Assembly (NCBI GenBank): GCA_028534125.1
Contig: CM052817.1
Span: 60,638,001-60,701,659, forward strand
Direction: 5' to 3'
DNA length: 63,659 nucleotides
Source: Lama glama
Taxonomy: Eukaryota
The notes beneath the pieces are model-generated. The model had not been told where the DNA came from. It searched no databases and worked only from the letters and a program-made list of their open reading frames with translations. The position numbers and the translations under genes are program-made. Shown here in pieces: positions 54,356-63,659 of this stretch. The first letter of the stretch is position 1, and the number at the start of each line of letters is the position of its first letter.

Positions 54356-55904
54356 TTAATAAAGGTGTGTTCACTAATATAAATATAAAAGCAATGCTAT
54401 TTACATTAAATGGAAAATAACCATAAGTATAATATGAGTGAAATATTATTAAATTCTAATTTCTTTACCCTGCCAAAGGGAGTTTGAGATCTGCTTTCCC
54501 TTTATAAAAATAGATTTAAAATTTTAAAGAGACTTGTTATCACCAAAGTGAGACTTTGTTCTTGCCTTAATAAGAAACTACTAGAAGATGATTGTAAATG
54601 GAGCAACTTTCTCACCATAATACATATGATTTTGTGCTATCTCTCCCTACCACTTAAACCTATCTGTTGTGCCAGTGATAGATGTGCCACATTGAAAACG
54701 TGCCCTACCTTCAGATAAGGGACATACTAATTGTGGCCAACTGCAAACTTTCTGCATATCTCACACACCCCTCCTTATTACCCTCAGACCCTCCACCAAA
54801 AGAAAATATTAAAGCATTTGCAAATCTAGTCACAACCAGGCTCGCAATCTGATGGTTTATGAACGAGCTTCAAGGAATAGATTAATACATAAAAATGACC
54901 AACGTACCTTATGCATTTAGAAGATACATCATTATTGCCTACCTTTACATATAGAACACTGTCCTGGCAGTGGCTAATTGCCAACAATATCCTTCTTCAT
55001 ATTTTCTAAATTGAGATCTTGTAAGTGTGAAATGTTCTAATACTCACCAACACTCCAATTGACTGGCTTACTTGAACATGTTCAGTCAGCCCTAATATTG
55101 GAAATTTTCTACTTGCCCTAAGTGTTTTTGGCCATTTTGCTAGTAACCTGTTTCAATAAGGATTGAAAAAAGAATGTTTTTTGAAAACATTGGAAAAAAA
55201 TGTTTATAAGGAAAAGTAATGATGAATTTCTTTCTATTTTTTTCCTTAATTGTATTTCATAAAAGAGTTCCACAGCCCAAGATTATGTAATAAACACTTT
55301 GTGAGTTTTTAAACCTATGAGAAGCTAATTTACCAAACAATCAAATTGGAAAATCTTAAACAATTGCTTTTCTATATTTTCATGTAAATACAAAAATGCA
55401 GATATAGTCACACAGAATAAGACTTAGAGCTACAATTTTTTTCCTGACTTCAGTGAAATTATCAAGTTCCGTAATCTTGCCTGAGGGGAAAACATGTTAC
55501 TTCTTTAACGACCTTTATAAGCAAGATAATATATACAGTAGGAAGGTTGATATATTTTTTGAAGTGGCAAACCAGTCTCATCAAAATGCAAATCTGTGTC
55601 AAAAATAATTCTCTTACAGCAGAAGGGTCACTTTGGAAAATACAAATTGCATATGCTTCTGCAGAGTGATGCTGGGAGACTTCAAACTCACCAGGGGTTG
55701 TAGAAATCAAAATACCAAACTTTAGAGTCAGACCTTTGCATACCTTGAAGTGGTAAGAATGGCCAGCCTAATTTCTGCCATGCTAAAGCAATGTGGGATT
55801 GTATTTTTAATTTAGCAAATAATTTTTTTGTCTTTAACCTATCTTCTAACATCCAGAGTCTATGAAAAAAATAGTCTTTATTAACTCACCCTTCTCTCTC
55901 CTTG

Positions 55905-56978
55905 CTTCTTTTATTTATTTTTTTAATTGTGAAATTTTTTTTAAGTATAGAAAAGTACACAAAACTTAAAAGTGCAGCTCAGTGAATTGCCATCAGTGGA
56001 GCACCAGTGTAATTGCTACCTAGGAAAAGATAGAATGTTACCAGTAACACAGCCCCCGTTTCCCCCACCTGAGCCATATTCTCTATCCCCCAAATCCTCA
56101 CTGAGATTTTCAGCTCTTTCATTCATGTTGCCTGCTTTTGAACAATTATCATACAGTGTGAATTTTTTCACTCAACATTTAGTTTGTGAAATCCATGCAT
56201 GGTGTTATAATGAAATCTGTTCATATTCATGTCTGTATAATGTTCCACTGCATGAGTATACCATACTTTATCCATTCAACTCTCAAAAAGTGGTTAGGCT
56301 CTTTCCAGTTTGAGGCTATTATGGATAATGTTGTTATGTACATTCCTGTTCATGTCTCTGGTTACGTATATTTCTCTTTGGGTTGTGTACCTAAGGAGTG
56401 GAATTGCTGAGTCTTAAGATATGTGTATAGTAGTTTTCAAAGATGCTGCCAAATTGTTCGTCAAAGTGATTGAACCAATTTGGAATCCCATCAGCAGGGT
56501 ACTAGGATTCTGGTAGCTCCACATGTGTATAGTAGTTTTCAAAGATGCTGCCAAATTGTTCGTCAAAGTGATTGAACCAATTTGGAATCCCATCAGCAGG
56601 GTACTAGGATTCTGGTAGCTCCACATTCTTGTGAACACTTGATAATTGTATATCTGTTTATTTTAATCATTCTGTTGGCTATGTAGTGGTATTTCATTTT
56701 TCTTTTAGTTTGGATATCCCTCATAACTAATGAGGTTGCCACCTTTTCACATATTTATTGGCTATTTGGTTATCTTTTATGAAAACTCTTGCCCGTTTTT
56801 CTAGTTATTGTCTTTTTTCTTATTAATATATAGAAATTAATATATATTGGTAAATTTTTTGTTAGATGTGACTATTGCAAATGTGTTCTATTATGGCTTG
56901 TCTTTTTACTCTCTTAATGGTGTCTTTTGAACTTCAAAGTATTACTGTAGTCAAATTTATTGATCTTTTCTTCTCATT
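55905..56978 (-). mobile_element. Old L1 (L1MD/ME-type) 3' end and ORF2 tail
   Basis: aaaagtacacaaaacttaaaagtgcagctcagtgaatt...tttccagtttgaggctattatggataatg...tgtacctaaggagtggaattgctgagtc. Confidence 0.85.
56421..56624. repeat. Perfect 102-bp tandem duplication
   Basis: 56421-56522 and 56523-56624 are identical; the ORF track shows the 34-aa repeat (56414..56638, minus strand). Confidence 0.97.
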
Positions 56979-57990
56979 TTAAATAACTTTATTGAGATAT
57001 CGTTTACATATAAAATTGTATTAAGGTATACAACTTGATGTTTTAATATTTGTATGTTATTAAAAGATCACCAAAATCAAGCTAAATATATATCCATCAC
57101 CTCTTCATAGTTACCATTGTGTGTGCATGTGTTGAGAAGATTTAATTCGATCTATTATCCTAGCAAATATTAAGTATACAATACAGTATTGCTAACTGTC
57201 ATCACCATGCGGTGCATTAGGTCTCTAGAAATTATCCATAGTCTGTAAAAGAAACTTTGTACCCTTCAACCAAGATTTCCTCATTCCCTTTGCCTCCCAC
57301 CCCAGACCCTGACCACCACCATTCTACTCTCTGCTTCAGTGGGTTTGACTATTTTAGATTCCACATATAAGTGAGATTGTGCAGGATTTCTCTTCCTTTG
57401 TCTGGCTTATTTGACTCAGCACAATGTTCTCACAGTGCATCCATGCCACAAACGGCATGATTTTCTTCTTTTTTATGGCTGAATAATATTCATATATATA
57501 CATATGTATATATATTTATTCTCCTGTGGCTTGTCTTTCAATATAAATCACATTTTCTTTATCCTTTCATCTACTGGTGGACATTTAGGCTGTTTCCCTA
57601 TCTTGGTAGTCGTGAGTAATGCTGCAGTGAACATGGGGCTACAGATATTTCTTTGAGATGCGGATTTCATTTCCTTCAAATATGTACTCAGAAGTGGAAT
57701 TGCTAGATCATATGGTAGTTCTATTTTAATTTTTTTGAGGAAACTCCATACTGTTTTGCATAATGATTGTACAAATTTACATTCCCACCAACAGCATACA
57801 AGAGTTTTCTTTTCTCCATATCCTTGCCAAAGCATATTCTCTCTCTCTTTTTTTTTTTATAATAGCCATCCTATTATCAGGTGTGAGGCAACATATCATT
57901 GTAGTTTTGATTTGCATTTCTTTGTTGATTAGTGATGTACAGCACATTTTCACATACCTGATGACTGTTTGTATGTCTTCTTTTCAAAGT
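56979..57990 (-). mobile_element. L1MA-type 3' end nested in the older L1
   Basis: New T-rich start aataactttattgagata; ORF2 tail peptide [36 protein letters not shown] (57548-57835). Confidence 0.88.
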
Positions 57991-57994
57991 GCCA

Positions 57995-58912
57995 GCTTTT
58001 GATTCTGATGATTTTTCTCTATTTCTTCATTTTCCCTTTCACTGAATTTGCTCTACTCTTTATTACTTCCCTTATTCTGTTTATGATGGGTTCAATTTGC
58101 TCTTCTTTCTAGTTTTTAAAAGTTGAAGTCAAAATAATATATTTCCAACATTCTTTTGTTCAAATATAAGCATTGACAGTATTTTTTTTCTTTAGTATTT
58201 TTAAAAAGTTGTTTTGCTATCTCTTGGCTTGCATCATTTCTCAGGAAAAATCTGCAGTCATTTTTATATTTGTTTCTCTGTACTTAAAAATGTATTTTTC
58301 CCCTCTGGGCACTTTTAATATCATTTTTAACACAAATTGTTTTAAACAGTTTGATCATGAAGTTCCCTCTTGTAGTTTTCCTCATGTATGTTGTGTTTAG
58401 GATTTCTGTAAGTTTGTGATTTGCAACAAATTTGGAGAAATCTAGGCCATTATTTTCAAAGTTTTGTTCTGTTCTTCCCATTCTCGTCACCTTAAGAGAG
58501 TCTAATTATGCATCAATTCTGTCTTCTACATGTGTCTACCAACTCACTGATTCTCTGTTTATATTTATTTTTCAGTTCTTTTTTCTCTCAGGGCTTCACC
58601 TGAGATAGTTTTTATTATTATGTTTTCATATTCACTAATCTTCCCTTCTGCTGTGTCTAAAAGCCATTGGACTTACCCAGTATATATTTCAGACATTCTA
58701 GTTTTCAGCCATAGAAATTCAATTAGGTATATTTTATGCATTATGTATTTCTACTTAATATGCTCCATACTTGTCTTTTTATACTTATGTAATGCATAAG
58801 TTTTTTGATGTTCTTATTTACCAATTCTATAATCTGTTATTTCTGAGTCTTTTTCTATTGATTATCATTTTCTGCTCATTATGTTTTATTTTCCAATTAT
58901 TTGCATGCCTGT
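57995..58912 (-). mobile_element. Old L1 ORF2/ORF1 fragments
   Basis: ORF1-like peptide ENNGLDFSKFVANHKLTEILNTTYMRKTTRGNFMIKLFKTICVKNDIKSAQRGK (58284-58490). Confidence 0.75.
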
Positions 58913-58942
58913 TTATTATTATTATCATTACTATTATTATTA
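58913..58942. repeat. Imperfect (ATT)n tract, probably the degenerate L1 A-tail
   Basis: ttattattattatcattactattattatta, adjacent to the L1 3' end. Confidence 0.8.
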
Positions 58943-61900
58943 TATAAATTTTGGGTGTACAGCATTATAATTTGACATCTCAATACACTACAAAGTGATC
59001 CCCTCTACAAATCAAGTTAACATACATTACTATACAGTTGACTCCTTTAACCCATTTTGGTCACTCCCCAACCAAACCACTGGTAACCACTAATGTGTTC
59101 TGTATCTCTGACTCTGGGGTTTTTTTTCCTTTGCTGTTGTCTATATTGTTTGTATTCATTTTTATTGCTTTTTTAGATTCCATATGTTAGTGAAATCATA
59201 TGGTATTTGTCTTTTTTTGTCTGACTTATTTCACTTAAAATAATACCTTAAAGTTCTATTCATGTTGTTGAAAATGGCAGGTTCTTGTTCTTTTTTTTAT
59301 GGCTGAGTAGTATGCCATTGTATATGTACGCCACATCTTCTTTATCCATTCATCCATCAGCGCACAGTTAAGTTGCTTCCATATCTTGGCTATGGTAAAT
59401 AATGCTGTAATGAACATAGGGTGCATATTTATTTTTCAAATTATTATTTTCATGTTCTTTAGATAAATAGTCAGACATGGAAAGATTGGGTCGTCTGATA
59501 GTTCTGTTCTTAATTTTTTGAGGAATCTCCAGACCATTTTCCATAGTGGCTGCATCAATCTACAGTCCCACCAGCAGTGTATGAGGGTGTCCTTTTCACC
59601 ACACCCTCTCCAACATCTGCTATTTCCTCTCATTTTGGTAATAGCCATTCTAACTGGTGTGAGGTAGTATCTCATTGTGGTTTTGAATGCCATTTTGCTA
59701 ATAATTAGTGATGCTGAACATATTTTCATGTGCCTGTTGGCTATCTGTATGTCTTCTTTGGAAATATATCTGTTCAGATCCTCTACCCATTTTGTAAACA
59801 TGTTGTTTGGTTTTTTGTTGTTAAGTTGTGCATACTTTCTATATTTTGGATACTAATCCCTTATCAGATATATGATGTATAAATATCTTCTTGCATTCAG
59901 TAGGTTGCCTCTTCATTTCGATAATGGTTTCCTTCACTGTGAAGAGGCTTTTTAGTTTGATGTGGGCCCATTTTTTAATTTGTGCTTTTGTCTCCCTTGG
60001 CTTTGGAGTCAGAGCCACAAAAACATCACTAAACTAATGTCAGTGAGGCTATCACTTATGTTTTCTTCTAGGAATTTTATGGCTTCAGGTCTTACATTTA
60101 AGTATTTAGTCCATTTTGAGTTAATTGTTATGTATGCTGTAACATAGTGCTCTAGTTTCATTCTCTTTTGCATGTGGGTGTCCAGTTTTCCCAACATCAT
60201 TATTGAAGAGACTGTCCTTTCTCCATTGTATATTCTTTGCTCCTTTGTTGTAAATTGTGGGTGTATGTTTGGGTTTATTTCTGGGCTCTCAATTTCATTC
60301 CACTGTTCTGTGTGTCTGCTTTTGTGCTAGCTACGTTCTGTATTGATCACTATAGCTTTGTAGTGTGCTTTGAAATCAGGGAGCGTGATACCTCCAGCTT
60401 GATTCTTCTTTGTCAAGATTGTTATGGTTGTTTTGAGATCTTCAGTGGTTCAATACAGATTTTCAAATTGTTTGCTCTAGTTCTGTGGAAAATGGAATTT
60501 TGATAAGGATTACATTGAATCTGTAGATTGCTTTGGGTAATATGGACATTTTTACAATATTAATTCTTCCAATCCATAAGCATGGAATATTTTTCCATTT
60601 ATTTGTGTTTTCTTCAATTTATTTCATCAGTGTCTTACAGTTTTCAGTGTATATGACTTTTACCTCCTTGGTTAAATTTATTCCTTAGTTTTTATTCTTT
60701 TTGATGCAATTGTAAATAATATTGCTTACTTAATTTCTCTTTCTGATAGTTTGTTATTAGTGTATAGAAATGCCACAGATTTTTTTCTTTCTGTTTTTTT
60801 CTCCTTTTTTTTTCATTCTTTCAAAGAAGTGTGACAGATTTCTTTATAATGATTTTGTATCCTGTGACTTTACAGAATTAATTTATTAGTTCTAAACAGT
60901 TTTACATTGCAGTCTTTAGGTTTTCTATATAAATCATATCATCTGCAAATAATGACACTTTTACTTGCTCTTTTCCAATTTGGATGCCTTTTATTTCTTT
61001 TCCTTGCCTAATTTCTCTGGCTAGGACTTCCACTACTACATTGAATAAGTGTCGTGAGAGTGGGCATCCTTGTCTCGTTCCTGATCTTGGAAGGATAGAT
61101 TTCAATTTTTCATCTTTGAATATAATGTTAGCTGTGTTATTCTCATATAATGGCTTTTTATTATATTGAGGAACATCCTTTCTATACCCCCTTAATTGAG
61201 AGTTTTTATCATAAATGAGTGTTGAATCTTGTCAAATGCTTTTTCTGCATCTGTTGAGATGGTCACATGGTTTTTAATTTTATTTTTATTTTTGTTAACA
61301 TGGTGTATCATATTTACTGATTTTGGGTGTTAAGCCATCCTGTGTCCCTGGAATAAATCCCACTTGATCATGATGTATGATCCTTTTGATATGCTGTTGA
61401 ATCAGTTTGCTAATATTTTGATGAGGATTTTGTGTCTTGTGTTCATCAGAGATATTGGCCTGTGATTTTTTTTTTGTTTTGTTTTATCTTTTTCTGGTTT
61501 GGTATCAGGGTGATGTTGGCCTTGTAAAATTAGTAAGGAAGTGTTCCCTTCTCTTCACAGTTTTGGAAGAGTTTGAAAAGGATAGATATTAAGTCTTTAT
61601 TTTGTGGAATTTGCCAGTGAGAACCTATGGTCCTGAGCTTTTGTTTGTTAGAAGATTTTTTAGTACTGTTTTAACCCCTTTATTAGTAATCTGTCTATTC
61701 AGATTACCTATTTCTTCATGATTCAGTCTTCGAAGATTGTATTTTTCTCAGAAATTATCTATTTCTTTTACATTGTCGAATTTGTTTGGCATGTAACTGT
61801 AGTAGTCTCTTATGATCCTCTTTATTTCTGTGAAATCAGTTGTAAGTTTGCTTTCATTTTTTATTTTATTTATTTGAGCCCTCTCTCTTTTTTTCTTGGT

Positions 61901-63659
61901 TAGTATAACTAAAGGTTTGTCAATTTTGTGTATCTATTCAAAGAAGCAGCTCTTAGTTTCATTGATCTTTTCTATACTTCTCAGTATCTTATTTATTTCT
62001 ACTTTGAGCATTATTATTTCCTTCCTTCCACTAGTTTTGGGCTTCATTTGTTCTTCTTATAGTTCTTTTAACTATAAAGTTAGATTGTTTATTTGGAATT
62101 TTTCTTGTTTCTTGAGGTAAGCCTGTGTTTCTATGAATTTCCCTCTTTAGAATTGCTTTTCCTGCATCCTGCAGATTTTGGCATGTCATATTTGTTTCTA
62201 TTTCTCTCTAGGTATTTTTTGATGTCTCCTTTGATATCTTCAATGACCAGTAGTTCTTCACTAGCAGGTTATTTACTCTCCATGTTTTTTTGGCTTTTCC
62301 CTCTTTTTTCTTGTGATTGATTTCCAGTTTCATACCACTGTGATTGGAGATGCCTGATATGATGTCAGCCTTCTTGAATTTATTGAGACTTGTTTTGTAA
62401 CCCAACATGTGATCTATACTGGAGAATGTTTTATGTGAACTTGAAAAGAGTGTGTATTCTGATACTCTTGGATCGAATGTTCTATGTGTATCTATTAAGT
62501 TCATCTGATCCAATTCATCATTTAAGTCTGATATTTTCTTATTGATTGTCTGTATTATCTATCCATTGATGTAAGTAAGGTGTTAAAAGTCCTCCTTCTA
62601 CTACTGTACGGCTTTCATTTTCTCCCTTTAAATCCATTAATATTTGCTTTATATATCTTGGTGCTTCTAAATTGGGTGCATTTATAAATGTTTTATCTTC
62701 TTGTTGGATTGACCCCTTTATCATTATGAAATGCCCTTGTCTTTTATCACAGTCTTTGTTTTAACTCTGTTTTGTCTGATATAACTACTCCAGCTTTCTT
62801 TTCATTTGCTTTTACAATGGAATATATTTTCTGTCCCCTTACTTTCAGTCTGTGCATGTCTTTACTTCTGAAGTGAGTCTCTTGTAGGCAGCAAATAGAT
62901 GGGTCCTGTTTTTTATCCATTGAGCCACTCTTAAGTCTTTTCTTTGGTAAATTTAGTCCCTTTGCATTTAAAGTAATTATTGATAGGTATGTACTTATTG
63001 CCATTTAATTAATTGTTTTCTGGCTGTTTTAGTAGTTTCTTTATCTTCTTTTTCTCTCTTCTCTTGAGTTTTCATGGGGTTGTTTGTTTGTTTGTTTGTT
63101 TTAGTGTTGTATTAGATTCCTTTCTCATTTTCTTTTGTGTATTTACTATAAGTTTTCTTTTTGTGGTTACTGTGAGGTTCAGATATAACATCCTATGTAA
63201 ATAACAGTCTTTTTTTAAGTTGGTCACAACATAAATTTGAATACATTCCAAAGCATTGTCATTTTACTCCCCTTCCACCAGTTTTATACTTTGATGATAT
63301 TTTACATCTTTTTATTTTATGTACCTTTAATTATTGTAATTTTAGTTAATTTTACTACTTTTATTTTTCAATCTTCATTCTTACTTTACAAATGGTTGGT
63401 CCACTACCTTTATTATATACTTATCCTTTCCCGTGAAATTTTTACTTTTGTATTTTTTTATTATTAATTAATGCCATTTCTTTTCAACTTAAAGCCCCTT
63501 TAACATTTCTTGTACGGTTAGTTTAGTGGAAATTAACTCCTTTAGCTTTTGCATATCTGGGAAACTCTTAATCTCTCCTTCAATTCTGAATGATAACTTG
63601 CTGGGTAGAGAAAGCTTGGTTGTAAATTTAGTCCTTTCAGCACTTTGAATATGTCATGC
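58943..63659 (-). mobile_element. Long L1 (3'UTR, ORF2, inter-ORF region, start of ORF1 region), runs off the window end
   Basis: Continuous antisense L1 sequence with colinear ORF2 peptides. Confidence 0.95.
59260..63004 (-). pseudogene. Disrupted L1 ORF2 (endonuclease, reverse transcriptase, C-terminal Cys-rich domain)
   Basis: MAISTYLSIITLNAKGLN...ICCLQETH (EN start), [32 protein letters not shown]...LFADDMI (RT), [10 protein letters not shown]...HCWWDC. The fragments are in different frames with many stops. Confidence 0.93.

Overview
Mammalian genomic DNA, AT-rich and CpG-poor, almost entirely intronic. It contains one confidently identifiable coding exon: a 313-nt internal exon of GRID2 (glutamate receptor delta-2, GluD2) on the + strand at 29055-29367, encoding the end of S1, M1 and the M2 pore loop. 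At least 29 kb of intron lies upstream and at least 34 kb downstream. The rest is a normal eutherian repeat landscape: L1 of several ages (including a nested stack at 55.9-63.7 kb with a decayed ORF2), L2, MIR, MaLR LTRs, a CR1/L3 relic, a decayed ERV-L gag segment with its LTR, microsatellites, and a 500-N assembly gap. The youngest L1 3' ends, and the absence of Alu, B1/B2, Bov-tA, PRE1 and Can-SINE, suggest a camelid genome (inference). I found no convincing undescribed biological system. The best leads are a sense-strand CAG|GTAAGT recursive-splice or microexon-like site at about 51042, the ERV-L gag fossil, and several small duplications and insertions. Repeat family names and boundaries are by eye and from memory of consensus sequences, so they are approximate. 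Nearly all other ORFs in the track are chance ORFs or repeat fragments.
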